A stretch of DNA of 64,000 bases from Callorhinchus milii (taxonomy: Eukaryota): assembly GCF_018977255.1 (NCBI RefSeq), contig NW_024704743.1:3536001-3600000 (forward strand), written 5' to 3'. Shown piece by piece: positions 31,871 to 46,414 of the stretch (position 1 is the stretch's first letter; every line of letters starts with the position of its first letter). Under the pieces are notes generated by a model, which saw only the letters and a program-made list of their open reading frames with translations, ran no database searches and was not told the origin of the DNA. The position numbers and the translations under genes are program-made.

Positions 31871-34800
31871 ACACCTAGATCTCTTTCAGCTGCCCGTGGC
31901 AAGTTTCTTTCTAATTATGAACTAAACGGTACAATTTATATGAAATCCTTACTATAATGGCCTCCAAGAATTGGATCAACTGATTATTGTGTTAGTATAA
32001 TAATAATCCTTGTATTTAACATAGGACCTTATTACGTCATGGGGATATTTCAAATCGCTTCACAAGATTTATTGTAAGGTATAATGACTATTCATAGGTG
32101 ATGGTAGCAGCCAATTTGTGCACAACAATATCCCACAAACAGCCATGACATACATGGATAACCAACTTCATCCGGTGGATTGTTGACCAGGAGATTTGGA
32201 GAAACTTACCTCTCGTTTGTGTTTATTGCTGACTTAAACCTGCACTGCAATACGCAACATTACATTAACAGTGTCTAAAGGGGCATCCGCAATAAGATTT
32301 TCTTTCTGTTTCACATTAGATTGATGAATGAAGCATTGTAGGTTTGTTTTAATCATGTGATCTCTGAGAAAAGGCTCAAGAATTTGCTTTTGTAATATTT
32401 GAATTAAGTGTTGATGTGGCCACCAGTTCCTCTGAGTCCGTTTTAGTTTGCTTTGTTCCAAATTCACCACAGTTGCAATGCTGTATTGTTTAAGAGCCAC
32501 TCCTGAGCCTTGGATCACAATTGTTCCTGCACACAATTGTTCCTGCACTCTTCCATTACAGCTCTATCAACAGATAAAAGGAATAATTGAGAGTCGCCTA
32601 TCAATAGCACTACACCTAAAGCCACTGCTGTGTGTGTGAGAGCTGTACCATTGTGTTAGCTCCACGAGTAAGGAAAAATGCAATTGTAAACAAGAAATTG
32701 ATTTTCAAAAGTTTCTCCACAAACTCTGCAGCAAAACACAATGATCTGCACAAAAGAAAGAACCAATGCTCTAAGAATCCCTTCTAATATGATTTTCTAG
32801 AGTTGCTTTGAGGCTCAATTCAGACTTAGCAATTTTACTTTTCATCCTGCAGTTCTCGGAATATAGCCCTTAGTCAGATTTAACCTCTAAAGAAAATTAA
32901 TTCAAATCCAACTTTTCAAGTCCATCAGTACGCTTGAAGAGAGTTTTATATTTTCCTTGCTTCTGGGGGTAACTGAACTCAAAACACAAAGCTGCAAAGA
33001 AGTGACAGCTCCGTAGCTCTAAAGACTAGCTCAGCTCAATTCCAACTAACTGGTGTGTGGTTTATGTCTGTCGAGTACACTTTGTCCTACAGACAGACAA
33101 AAGTTTGCAAAATGCATGGTGCAGCTTACAAGTCAACAACAACTCGAATTTATATTGGGGGCCTTCAGGCAGGGTACATAAGCAAAGAAGAATTGCTACA
33201 CGAAAGAAGACCAAGGTCCATTCAGTTCTCCGTCTACCATCCTGGCAATCGCATGTATATGTCATGTCCGAAACTATATACTGTATCCCAAGATATTATT
33301 TCCTAACAGAAATCTATCTAATATGTTCTTGAAAGAATCAACACTTTCTGCTTCCACCATCTCCCTAGGGAGCCTGTTCCATACATTTACTACTCTCTCA
33401 CTGAAGTTGTGTTTCATAACGTCTGAGACCACTTTTGCCCACCAAACAAAGGGCCCAATGAACGATATTCAATAGCAATGACTGAATCAATGAAGGAAAA
33501 ACTGTTAAAGAAATAAAGTGAAAAGTTAACAATAGTAAAAGATTAAAAATAAAAGTTAGTTCAGTGGCAGCACCCAGTTTATTAGTTTTAACATATTTAT
33601 TTCGCTGGTACATAGACATTAGTGGAAAATTAATTCATGTTTTAGAACCTAATTGAACCTGAGTGAACCATGTTAACCACTCTGAGATCCTACCCCATCT
33701 CGAAGGGCGTTACATAAATGCAGGTTGTTGTTGTTGTGTGCCAATTTACTTTGATCGCTCTGCATGTTCAGTGCACCTACCTACGTAACTTAAGTTACAT
33801 TTAAGTTTATTATTTATTTCCCTTTTCGAGGCTCTGTCTGCCTGTTCAGGTGGACATTAAAGATCCCATGGCACAACTTGAAAAGAGAAGGGAGGTTTTC
33901 CCCATTATGCTAGCCAACAATCCCCCAAATAAAAATAGTCATTCACTCATTGTCTGTTTGTGGGACATTGCTGTATGCAAATGTGTATGGTTGTCGATTT
34001 GCCCCCAAAAATAGTCACTACACTTATATCCTGTGAAGCACTTTGGGCCTTCTCCTGAGGTTAAAAAGGCGCAATACCAAATGCAAGGGATTATTATTAT
34101 GATGATGCTGATGTGTTTCAATTCTGCAATGATGAGTGGATTAACATATAAAAAGCAATGATAATTGGGAAAGTCGTGGTTCATAAGACACAGCTCTGTA
34201 TTCAGATCCTAGTTATTCAAATATTTGATGCATCCCTAAAATTTAAATGATTGGGTTACTCAGTGAAATAAATATAAATATTTTTCTACATACATATAAA
34301 CCTTTAATAAAATTTGCATTTGATATAATGCCTTATCATGTTGGAACACGCTTCTTCACCCAATTAATTATTTTGAGTGCAGTGACTGTTATGCGGGTAA
34401 TGTTATAATTAAAAGAATTCAAATGCTTTTGTTGTTTCATTGCCTCCTTTAATATTTTCTGCCAGGTTTCTGAATTAATGAACTTTTTCCCCACCTCCAC
34501 CTTTTTACAAATACGGAGCTGAAAAAGAATTCCTGCATGCACAGCATTTGCACAATTCACTCAACACGTTATACATAACTGGGTCTGATTGATTCAGTTC
34601 AACCCTTTTCTGACAGATATATTGAAGCAACACAACTAACAAGTGTATCTAGTCAATTCTGACAGCCTGTATCTGAAAGCAGCATCATGTGCTAATAATC
34701 AGATTACAAATCGTGACAAGAAATATTTTTCTATTCTACCACTCAGTAAAATTCCTCTTTCAACTAATAATCACTTGTGCCCAATCGTATTATCTATATG

Positions 34801-35363
34801 TTTTCGAAAAAATATATGGCCTTAATTACATACATTTGCTATACAAAACAATATCGGAAGAGCATGTTAAACTTACTTTCGATTCATTGAGCACGTAAAT
34901 CTATTTGTATATTTATTTCAGGCTGTGATAGTTTTCTAGAGGTGATTGGCACTTGCTTCTGAAATTCAATTTCATTATCACAAGTACTGGAACAGATTAT
35001 ATGCTCAAACGTGAAGCTCTTTGTAGATGATAATTAGCATGCACAGGTGCTAACAAATGTAATGCGTTGGCTGAATGGTGCTTGACAGGCAGTTGGTCTT
35101 AAAATTTAATTTAGATTTGGACAGGGCCAGAAGTAATTGCTGAACGAACAGAAAAGGGTAGCCCTGACTTTAAGTACTGCAGGTCACAGTGAGACTGAAT
35201 AGAAGATATAACGCATTGTTAGTCCTACCTTTATGGAAAGGGGAAGCTTAATTAAGCACTGGGATTGTATGGAAATTAGTAAGGTGTTACTTGAGGTTTA
35301 CTAGAATCTTTAGCTGAACAATATTAAAGGAGATCAATATATTGGAGTAAGTCCCGTATAATC

Positions 35364-35679
35364 GGAGTCCTATAGCTCAGTGGTTAGAGCACTCGCCTCG
35401 CAAGCGAGAGATCTGTGTTCGATTCCCGGCAAGGCGAAACGTTGGGCAAGTTGCCTTACTCCACACACCTGAAATAAGCCCTCAAGAAAAGAAAACAATA
35501 ATAAATTGGTCACTTCAATCCGCGGCTGTTTGTGGGGACGCTGCTGTGCGCAATTGGCTGCCGCGTTTCACCCACAAATGTAGAGCCAATCCACTTTACA
35601 GTATATTCTGTGAAGCGCTTTGAGACGGCGAGAAGACGTGATAAGGCGCTATATCAAATGCGAGGATTGTTACTATTAT
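35364..35679 (+). mobile_element. Deu-domain tRNA SINE (internally deleted)
   Basis: Head ggagtcctatagctcagtggttagagcactcgcctcgcaagcgag and family tail. Confidence 0.85.
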
Positions 35680-36771
35680 AAGTACTGCCACAGCAAAACA
35701 GAGTTAAATCTTTGCTACCCGTTTCCTTGGAAATAAACATTCTACTACATATCCACTGTGTCATTCGTGTGGCCAAAAAACATGTTCACAAGATATAAGA
35801 GAATGCCCTTTGGCCTATTTGGTCTTATCCTTCCAGAATAGCAACCCATTGCTACTTATTACAGCATCAAGCTGTTCCTTAAATTAATCTGTGTCTTATG
35901 CTGTGCGCTGACAAAGCCTTTTGGCTGATTTTATTAAATTGAGCAAGTAATGACATCGTTCCTGGCCCTGGACGCTAATGCTTCGGGTCAAGTAAAGAGA
36001 GCTGCAGCCGACTACAACCTGTCAGGTTGCCGCAGTCTATCTCCTACAGGTGGCTTTTTCACTGGCAAACAATGTTTCCGGGGGAAGTAGCTTAGATTCA
36101 AAGTGTGTTCTAGTCTCAGAGGGGCTTTGTTTCAAGGATCGCTCCGCTGAAGGCAAAACCTGTGTTCTCAAGAATTGTTTCTACTGATTGATTGACGGGT
36201 TAGGTCTGAGGTCTTGGGTTTTACGAGTTAAAAAAAAATTGTGAACTGGGAAGAGCTTGAAATTCCCCTCCTCGTCGACAGATCAACCTAAATGTTTAGC
36301 AAACAGAATAGATTGGAAACCCCTTTGCCTGACTTTACATAGAGGGGTAATCAATGATCAGGACAGGTGGCCAGGAAAGGTGGTAGCTGCCAGGACAGCT
36401 GTGTTGGGGAGACGGGTAAGGTGGGAGATCTGGATGGATGAGATCAGATGGACTGTTGAGCCTTCTTCATCCAAACCAATCTTGTGATCTTGTGGTCTGA
36501 GAAGATGGTGGTGATCCAGAGAGACTACCTATCGAGGGGGATCACAGTTTCCAAGTGAACTTTGTACCAACATCGTTTTATTTGTTATATTTATTATTAT
36601 TTTACACGAGTTATGTTTAAAAACAGTGAAACTTCACGCCTTAAATGCTTGGAATTTCACTCTTGCAGTGGAGGTATTTGCATATAAAATATACAGTCAC
36701 TGCACTTTACAGTAAAGCTGGTGAAGCACTTTGAGACACCCTGACTTGTAAACGCTACATCAAATGCAAAG

Positions 36772-36812
<41 letters not shown>
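36772..36812. repeat. (TTA)n microsatellite expanded from a SINE tail
   Basis: About 13 TTA units after atcaaatgcaaagg. Confidence 0.9.
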
Positions 36813-37589
36813 GTACCATCAGAAATAAGAAATAAATCTCAGACATGTGATCAATAAAACCAAATGAAAAACGGTTACTTCTGTTGATCGAAGCTATATA
36901 CTTGTTTCAGTCACTGAACTCTGAAGATTTAAGGGGAGGTTAATTTTTTTCATGAAGAGGATTATTGGAACATGCATTGTTCAAATTTTCCATAAACTAC
37001 TGGATTGAAGCTGAGTTATAGCAATATTTTAAAGTGTGTTGCATAAGTAATTGAAAGTAAACATATAAAAGAGCATCGGAAATGGTAGGCAATTGAGAAT
37101 GGAGTGCAACTATAATAATAATCCTTGCATTTGATGTAACGCTTTAACACATCGTTGAAATGTCTCAAAGAGCTTCACAAAGGCAAAATAGACAGTCAAT
37201 TCACTGGGTCAATAGGAAAATACAGTCAATTCACTTTGCAGTAAATTCTGTGAAGCGAATTGACTGTATATTTAGTGTATTGAATTGACTGTATTTTTAA
37301 ATGAATTGAATGAATTGAATCACCAGCTTGGGTGAATGGGCTGCCTTCTTCAGCTCTGTTGTAGTCTATATTGTTTTATCATTGCCCATCATCAGGATTG
37401 TTCTAAATATAGATGCAACAAGAGAACAGGAATCTCACTAGTCAGACTCAAACTTGATTCCATCCTCCTCCAGTACATGCTGCACTGTAAAGTAGTCACA
37501 ATCCTAATAATCCAGATTGATACCAAATTGGGGGAACTGGGAAATCGGAGGAGGCAGCATCTTACAAGTGAGCTTGATAGAGTATGTCT

Positions 37590-38030
37590 CCCAAATGCAG
37601 TTCAGTATAAATAAAATACAAGATATTGCGTATAGGAAGTTCGAATAGGACGCACGTGTACTCTATAAATACAATACAACTTGCCAAGCGAAGCGCTGAA
37701 AGAGGTCTAGGGGTGTTAGGTGACTCATCGCATTACTCATTATGTCAAAACAGTGCGAGACAGTGATAACAAGGCAAACAGGAGGCTGGGCTGTATTGTC
37801 AAATCAGTTGAGCTGAGATCCTCAGAAGTTATTCTCAATCTATGTAGTGATGGTCAGGCTCCAAAAAAGAAGAGATGTGCACACAGTTCTGGTCACTGCA
37901 ACACAAAGGGGCTGCCGAGGCCCAAAGAGGCAGTGCGGAGGAGAGCAATGAGGATGATGCCTGGTGTTAAAGGAAAGGGCTCGGACCAATGATTAGATAA
38001 GCTAGGGCTCTTCAATCTTGAAAATAAGCA
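37590..38030 (+). mobile_element. Degraded CR1 ORF2 fragment
   Basis: KANRRLGCIVKSVELRSSEVILNL...EAVRRRAMRMMPG. Confidence 0.75.
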
Positions 38031-40436
38031 TCGCATCATAAAAATGACATTGATAATTTGCATTTAGATTGTGCCCTTCACGCGAGGTACTGGCTGAGAA
38101 TACTTCAACTCAACGGGAACCAGGTCACCAAGAAGACTGGCTGAGGCCAGGACACTGGATTCATTTAAAAACAGTTTGATGCTGTGGTGGGGTGGGTGGG
38201 GGGGTTGGGACTGGTAGGTAGGGTGGGTGTTCTGGGAGGATGAGATTGGATGGGCCAAAGGGCCTTCTTCAATCAAACCAATCTTGTGATATAGTATCAT
38301 CTTGTATTTATTTACCCAGAAGGTAATTAATGACTGGAACAAGGCACCAGGAAGGCAATCTCACTGTCTACATTAACAACAGTTAATCAATTCATAATTC
38401 GCTGTGTGAAGCACTTTGAGATATTTGACATGACAAGGTATTATATAAAATGTAGCTTTTATTAAATCGCTCTCCTTCGTGATATGAGACCACAGTGTTC
38501 CTATTAAAAGAATGTAGTCGTGCTGTTTGTGTTATGTTACGTGACTTTTCGCACAATTAGAACTACAATTGCCAAAGAGGCTGGAAAAATCCATAAATAG
38601 TCATTTTTTTAAGCTGCTCTGAAGGACTCGGCGTATTGATGGATTTAACAGTCTGTTCCATCCTACAAAACTACAATACAAAACTAATCGTGTTATGAGA
38701 GAATTGTGAATGTATCAAGATGGTCACCATGGCATCGAGCATACTTTTTACACTAATGATGGAGTCCAAGACATCTAGATTTACATATACTGTACAACAC
38801 AGAAGCAAACTATTTGGCCCAACAAGTTTGTGCTGTGGTTTAATTTGGTCACTCAATCCAGGACTGATTGTGGGACGCTGCGGTGAGCAATTGGCTGCCG
38901 CGTTTCACCCACAAAATATACAGTCAATTCACTTTATAGTATATTCTGTGAAGGGCTTTGAGACGTCTCAAAGACGTGATGAGGCACTATATCAAATGCA
39001 AGGATTATTAATATTATCCTTCTATTCTCTTCTCCCTCTTGTGTCTATCTAGTTTCCTCTTAAATGATACTGTACTATCTGCTTCAACAAATGCTTTGGG
39101 TAGCGAGTTCCACGTTCTCACTGTTTTCTGTGTGAAGTAGGTCCTCCTCAATACTCTTCTGGAGCCCCTAGTTGCTTTTTTATGTTAGTTACAGACTCCC
39201 CAACAAGTGGGAGCAGTCTATTTATGACACGATATTTGTAAGATGGATTTGTTGTGTTAATTGTGAATATTGGGTGGTGGAGATTTACTGATGAAAAATC
39301 ACCAAATGCAAGCAGGCAAAGTCCAAATAATTAGTTGCCAAGAATTTTGCAATCCATTATTTGCAAACCGAAAGTCACAATTAATGGAAAAATAACCTAT
39401 GTGCAAACACAGTATTGCAATTTTAGACCTTCGTGCTATCACCTATTTTTAAAACTAAGTAGAGCATCAAAATAAGATATTAGCCTATCGGTGTAATCAA
39501 AATACTTGTCAGCAAGTGAAAACATTTATTGTCATAATTGTCCAAATTCTCAGTACCTGACCCTCAAGGTTATACAGATAACTTATGTAATTAAGTAGGC
39601 TGTTTGCATTACCAAATTGATACTGGCCTTGTTAATAAACAAGCCATGGGGAGTGGGGGATTTCTACATTGGTCTAGATTTCTCTAATTTCTCAGCAAGA
39701 TTCGGAGAATGCAGAGTTTGGAAAATTGTTGAATTCAGCCTTAACTCTGAAGACAGCTGTTAAAAGGAATTTACAGAAAAGCAGCTTCAAAATTAAAGCT
39801 GCATTTAAGAGCCTGCCGAATTCTGAACGCTTCAGAATTCCAAGAAAATAGAGCAAATAATAATAATAATGATAATAATCATTACATTTGATACAGCGCT
39901 TTCACATCGGGAGAAGATCTCAAAGGCTTCACAGGATATACTGTAAAGTGGAGTGACTGTGTATTTTGTAGGTACAACTAAACCCAGATAATTTCTGTCC
40001 CCTTATATAATAGATTGTACACTTCATTGATCAAAATAACTATTGCATGGCACTGTTGAAAGTTGGATTAGACTGTAACACATCTAAGAACATCATGATG
40101 GATGTCGTCATATTGTGAATGTAATACTTCTAAATCATTTACTGAAATTGTACTCCTTAGCAGTCATTTGCGTTTACAGTGCATAATAAAATTTCTTTTA
40201 TGGAGTTCCCCAGAACAGCTTTCGCACCTAATTTTAATTTAATTAGAACATCCGTCATTCAGGGATTGCAGGAATGAGATCCCTTTACGAGCAACTGTTA
40301 TTGTGCCTTATCATCCAAAAGTGAATGCTCCATCGCAATGTAGGATGACTTTAACATATGACATAGAATTGTAGGCAAGATGCGTCTGAGTGGTAAGCTA
40401 AATCTTCAGTTCTTCATTGTAGCCCCACATTTTTAA

Positions 40437-40835
40437 TAGCCTGACTCAGTTGATAGCTCTCTTACCACTTGAGTCAGAAGGTCGGTTTAAGTCACACATC
40501 AGGGCTTGAACTCACAAGATCTGGACTGACACTTCAATACAGTGCTGGTGGGCTGTTGAATCGTTAGAGGTGCCGGCATTTGGATGAGACATTAAACTAA
40601 AGTCCCGCCTGCCTGTTCAGATCAGATATCACTACTTGGAAACAGAAGAGAGTTTCTCCTGGTGTCTGGCCAACAATCCCCCAACTAAAATTCGTCCTCT
40701 GTTTCATGGTTATTCATGCGCTGTTGCTGTCCGCAAATTGTCTGCCATATTCACCTACAAATACACTCCCCTTCAAACAAATCCTGTCAAACATTTTGTG
40801 CTGTCTTCCTGGCTTTACCAAATGCAAGGATTATT
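40437..40835 (+). mobile_element. Older SacSINE1-like DeuSINE
   Basis: Same head and Deu domain as 26988-27472. Confidence 0.75.
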
Positions 40836-41499
40836 AGCAGTTGTAGATTGTTTCATCACCAGTTTTCTTCAATGCTAATATTGAAACACATAAGCAAACG
40901 TTTTATGTAATGTTATTTGCTTTGACTTTACGTTGCAATTTATCAACGGAAAATAGGCACATAGGAATGTAACTGACTCAAAAAAGACCAATGGTAAAAT
41001 TAGTTATTCATTTCATGGCTGTTTGCAAGATATTGCTGACTGCAAATTGGCTGCCTCATTCACCTACAAAATACAGTCACTTTACAGCAAATCCTATAAG
41101 AGATTATTATTTTTATTACCTGACCAATCCCAAAGTTTGCAAAATACTAGGAATTATCCATATCTGCTGTTTTTATTCACCACAAATTTATTTAACTCCT
41201 TGAATAAAATTCAGAGTCAATTGAGAGGGTGAGCATTCTGCCCCACTCTCTTTCAATGTGGGTTATAGTAGGATTCACGATACAATACAATTTATGTTAA
41301 TATAATAATCATAATCCTTGATTTGATATTGCGTCTTATCACGTCATTGCGATGTCTCAAAGCGCTTCACAGAGTATACTATGAAGTGAATTGACTGTAT
41401 ATTTCATGGGCGAAACATGGAAGCCAATTGCACACAGCAGTGTCCCACAAACAGCCATGGATTGAGTGACCAAATGTTTTTTATATAACCCTTTTCATG

Positions 41500-41920
41500 T
41501 TGAGAGAACGTCTTAAAGCACTTCATGGTATTGGATGGGCATCCTAGCTGAGGTTGGGATCCCAAAAGGGGTGGGGAGCAGAAAAATGACCAAAAACATG
41601 GTCAAAGCAAAGGGTCTTGAAAGAGGAGAGGGAGAATGGGAAGGAATCAGAAGGATTGAAGATCTTGAACCAGATCCAAAATGCTCAATCTCTCCCTTTT
41701 GGGGAATGGGAAACCAAAGGAGCGGAATGAAGATGGGGTTAATAGGCTTACAGAGCCTTGTGTGGGAGAAGACCAGGGCTGTTGAGTTCCGCAGCCTGTG
41801 TAGGGCAGTGCTGGGGAGTCTGACAAGCAGAGTGTTGACGTTGTCAAGCCTGGTCATAAATAAAGACGTAGATGAGGGTGTCGGTGGCCCGAGGGAAGAG
41901 GCAGTGACAGAAGCGGGCAA
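41500..41920 (-). mobile_element. Degraded L2 ORF2 C-terminal fragment
   Basis: TRLDNVNTLL.RLP...NSTALVFSHTR...INPIFIPLLWFPIPQK. Confidence 0.75.
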
Positions 41921-44619
41921 CGTTTCAGACTACATAACTTGTATGAGTATCATCACCGACATTATTATAAGGACATGAAATTCAGGGGGTTTCAAATCAT
42001 AACATCCATCGCTCGTAATCAATCATAAAAAGCGATGGCAGATTATCCTGTCACTGGAAAGCTAAACAGTGTGGCAAGTGGTCGGAAGAGTGGGATCCTA
42101 ATTCTTATGTTCTTATGTTCTAATGATTAGACCAGGTGGCTCATGTGGGAAAAATACCAATACAGATTTGAAGGACGTAACGGCTTGTTTTTGTGGGGTA
42201 ACATTGTGCTGTGTTTCTATGACCGAGGTCTCCGTCCACTGGAGGAACTCTCTGTATTACCAGCAGCTGATTCGACATGTCTGCAAGGCAGCCCAGCCCG
42301 ACTGCAAACATTTCTGAAGCCACTAGATGTCACAGTGAGCACTCAAAACAAATAGAGAAATGGAGAAATTGTACGCAGAGTTGCACAAAGAGCCCGAGGG
42401 TTGAAATTTGCGGCGTTTCATAATGCGTTCTTTGTGACGACTATCACAAGAAGTAGGTTATGAAACACTGCATGTCTCGTTCCTTCATTATTACCAGCCT
42501 GAACTCACTTGTCTCAATTAGTTGCCGGGAATTTTGATTCTTGACCCACTGTTCAAATGTCTAGTTTGATTTAATATATCAGGATTCTCATTAAAAATGG
42601 AGAGGAAACTAAATTAATTCCGTTTGCAAGGTTCTACCTTTTTGGGTTTTGCGCCATTCAACCCAAAGTTTAGGTTTAGAGCAGGGTTGGCCCACTCTTG
42701 TGCTGGGGTTTCGGGTAGGGAGGGGTATCCTGTTGGAATTCTAACTCTGTACACCATGTGTTGAAGTGAGACAAAGCCCCATTCTGCTCCATTTGCTAAC
42801 GTTTGCACAGTTGTCCCTCATGGATTTTTTAAAGTACAAATCATATGGATTTGGGAAATCCCATTGAAGTTATTTGTGACTTCATAAGGACAAATTTGTG
42901 AAACATATCAAATGGACGAAAATAACTCCTAACCAATGGTGGACCGTAGGAAATCAGGAACAGGAAATGTTATTTCAGCTCATCTATTCCATCAATTTTT
43001 TTTTAGCTCTTAACAGATTTTTTAATCCCAATGTCTTTTTACCATGCCCTTTAACACCTCTAATATCCAAGCATACCCCTATCGATTCCAAAAGGAAGGC
43101 TGAACCACCATAAAATCCTGTTTATTCCTTACATTCTTTTAAATACTTCAATCAAATCACCCCTTAACTTCCTCTCCTCTAAGGAATATAACCCCAGTCT
43201 CCCCAGCCTCTCATCATAGCTTCAGCCCAGTGAAGCTGTTGATGGGTACCTTCCAAGGCCTTTCCAATATCTTTCTTAAAATTGGGAACCCCAAACTGAC
43301 CACAACGCAACATAAATCAGAATATGGTCTTGAACTAATATTAAATGCAGAGGCTCCTGTAAAGAAATCGTAAGGGAAAATGTACAACGAAATGTACTGA
43401 TGGATACAAAATGTAACAAGACAATTTCTTGGTTTAGTGATCAGAGCATGATAGTTCCCATTGACCTCAATGCTATTTTGATGTAACATTATTAAATTAG
43501 AATTGAAGGTTGTTAGATGATGAGATAGGCGTGTCAAAAGAAATCCATTGAGAAATTGGATGGTTGGGCTAAATGGACCAATGTTGTACTCCTACCTGAA
43601 ACAATTTCAATAATAACGAAAATCCTTACATTTGATATAGCGCCTTATCACGTCGTAGAGACGTCTCAAAGCGCTTCACAGGATACACTGTAAAGTGCAG
43701 TGACTGTGTGTTTTGTGGACGAAAACGGGAGGGAGAGAGGGGGAGAGTGAGACAGAGAGAGAGACAGAGAGGGAAAGAAAAACACAAACACACAACGCGC
43801 ACAGAGATTAAGTTAAAATATTATTATTCATAATAATAATATTAATCTTTGCATTTGATATACCACCTTATCACGTCTTCGAAAGCGCTTCACAGGATAT
43901 ACTGTAAAGTGTAGTGACTGTGTGTTTTGGGAGTGAATCGCAGCAGTCAATTGCGCACAGCAGTGTCCCACAACAGTGGGTTAAAAATGCAGTAGTTCTC
44001 TCTTACGAATGGCGATTCAGATTCACAAATGGCAAACCTGTTGGGAACCAGGAGTATATTATGTTTGACCAATGGGATTCACTCCTAAGTGCTCCCGTGA
44101 GTTGAACCCTGATTGACTGTGGTTATCAGGACAATTTCCCACTGATGACTTTGGGTCATTATTTGTGAATCCTATTGTAAACTACTGCTCCTTAGCTCTC
44201 TATGTAACTGATGCTCTTGTTACTGCACTTGTGGATAATGGTTCTTCACAGAACGTACTGTAAAGTGAATTGACTGTATATATAATAGAGTGTCAGTTTA
44301 GACACTTTGACACTCTAAACCACTTCACAGAATATGCTGTAAAGTGAATTGATTGTATATTTGTGGGCGAAACGCGGCAGCCAATTGCGCACAGCAATGT
44401 CCCACAAACAGGCGTGGATTGAAATGGCCAAAATAATTAGTTTTTAATTATTTCTAATCAATGTGCATGTTCTTCAACGAAGGAGGTACATATACAATAT
44501 ATATTTGAGCAAAATAGCTGGCAAATGGTAATCCTTACATTTAAAGTTCAACAGAATTTAGGATTTTTAACTGAGCACACCATAATTATGACAGAATACG
44601 TAATAAGGGAAGTTTAGAA

Positions 44620-45105
44620 ATGATGTTGTAGCATTGGAGAGAGAGAGAGTATAGCGTAGAGTTACTGACTACCAGAGCGGATATGGCTATTAAGGAATAT
44701 CGGACAAGTTGGAGCTATTCTCTTTACAGGTGAGGCAATTGAGAGGGAACCTGGCGGATGTGTTTACGATTATGAAAGGACTGAAAAAGGTCAATTTTAG
44801 GCTGTTTCCATTTGTCGGGGCATCCAAAATGAGGGGGCAGAAATATAAGACAACAGGGAGTTTCGGGAAGGATTGCTTTGGACAGATGGTGGTGAGAATG
44901 TGGATCTCACTGCCATAAGCTGTGATTGAAACAAAAAGCATTAACATATTTGAGTATACATCAGGCATAAAATAAAATGAGGGAGAAAGAAAGGAACAGG
45001 AGCGTAGGAGAAGAGAATAGAAGGGATTGAGGCTCGTGTGGAGTATAAACGCCAGCATTTGACGTTTTCGGTTGAATTTCCTGTGTCTGTGCCATGTAAC
45101 TATAT
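44620..45105 (+). mobile_element. CR1 3' end
   Basis: LELFSLQVRQLRGNLADVFTIMKGL...MRGQKYK...VVRMWISLP. Confidence 0.8.
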
Positions 45106-46027
45106 CATTCTTGCAAAGAATAGTTACAATATCATTTACAATAATAAAAATAATCCTTACATTTGGTGCAGCGCCTTTCACGGTCGGGAGGATGTCCCAA
45201 AGCGTTTCACAGGATATCATGTAAAATGTAGAGTTTTGTATGCAAACACAATGCAATTAACACTTATCTCGTGCCGTTCACATGGGGAGGACATCCCAAA
45301 GTGCTTCAGGTAGAATCCCATTGTGTTGGAGTCTCATAGAATCAAACAGCAAACTTCCTATAGGATATTGTTTTTTAAGAAATCCATTTTGCACGCTCTT
45401 CATTCATTCACATAAATGAAGAACATCTTTCAAATATTTTCTAGTATGGATTCCCATGCCTTTCTAACCATGTCTTTTACGACTCTCGCTGCCTGCTTAA
45501 TGAACTGACCCCTTCCTGCCCATTTTGTTCTGAGCAGAAATGAAGAAGGACTAGCTGGTGCAGTAAAATTCGCCAGTTCCATTTCAAATTCTTCACTGAA
45601 TCCAAAATTAGCAAATTACAGGTGCAGCCATCAATCTTTATGAAAGCTCCTCGTTGAAACGCCTCTGTATTATTATTTGACAGCCTGTGGTAGGAGTGTT
45701 GGCACTGTGACCTCTCATCAGCGGCTAATTCTCTTGCAGGATTGCTTGTCTCATTTGGTTAAGTAAGGGCGAGCGAAATTTCCCCTTTGTGATTAGTCTA
45801 AACATAAGGAGGATATAGCCTTACATGGAAGAGAGGAGCTTACAGGGCTTTAAAGAAGCTGTGTGTTAATGTACTTTGTGAGTACAGTAATGCTGGTGTC
45901 TAAAATGCTTTGGCTTTCCAATGGAATTCTTTTGGAGTGGACTCCATGGAAATCCTGCAGATTTACTTGTGATTCACCAGAAGGAGTCCCCACTCAGTCT
46001 CCTTAAATTGTTATATTGGTATTAAAA

Positions 46028-46414
46028 ATAATAATATTCCTTGTATTTGATATAGCGCCTAATCACATCCTTCGAGACATCTCAAAGCTTCAGAGAATAT
46101 ACTGTAAAGTGAATTGACTGTATATTTTGTGGGCGAAACGCAGCAGCCAATTGCGCACAGCAGCGTCCCCACAAACAGTCGTGGATTGAGTGACCAAATT
46201 ATTATCATTATCTTTATGTATTTTTCGAAGGCATTATTTCTCCTAATAAGCGATCCGCCAATCGACTAACAACCGGGCTCCTACTTGCTGTTAGGTAAAC
46301 AGAGGCGTGTGGGGAGTAGGGAAACTTGCCTAAGGGCATTGCCCTGCCCTGGAATCGAACCCTGGTCCTCTCGCTTGGGGAGGTGAGTGCTCAACCACTA
46401 CACTGCAGGACACC
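46028..46414 (-). mobile_element. Full-length Deu-domain tRNA SINE
   Basis: Reverse complement of the 24335 family. Confidence 0.88.

Noticed and set aside
43615..44440. Recurrent ~35-nt motif (tactgtaaagtgaattgactgtata) suggesting a CRISPR-like array
   Set aside because: Irregular spacing, both orientations elsewhere, vertebrate context, no cas genes; these are SINE fragments.
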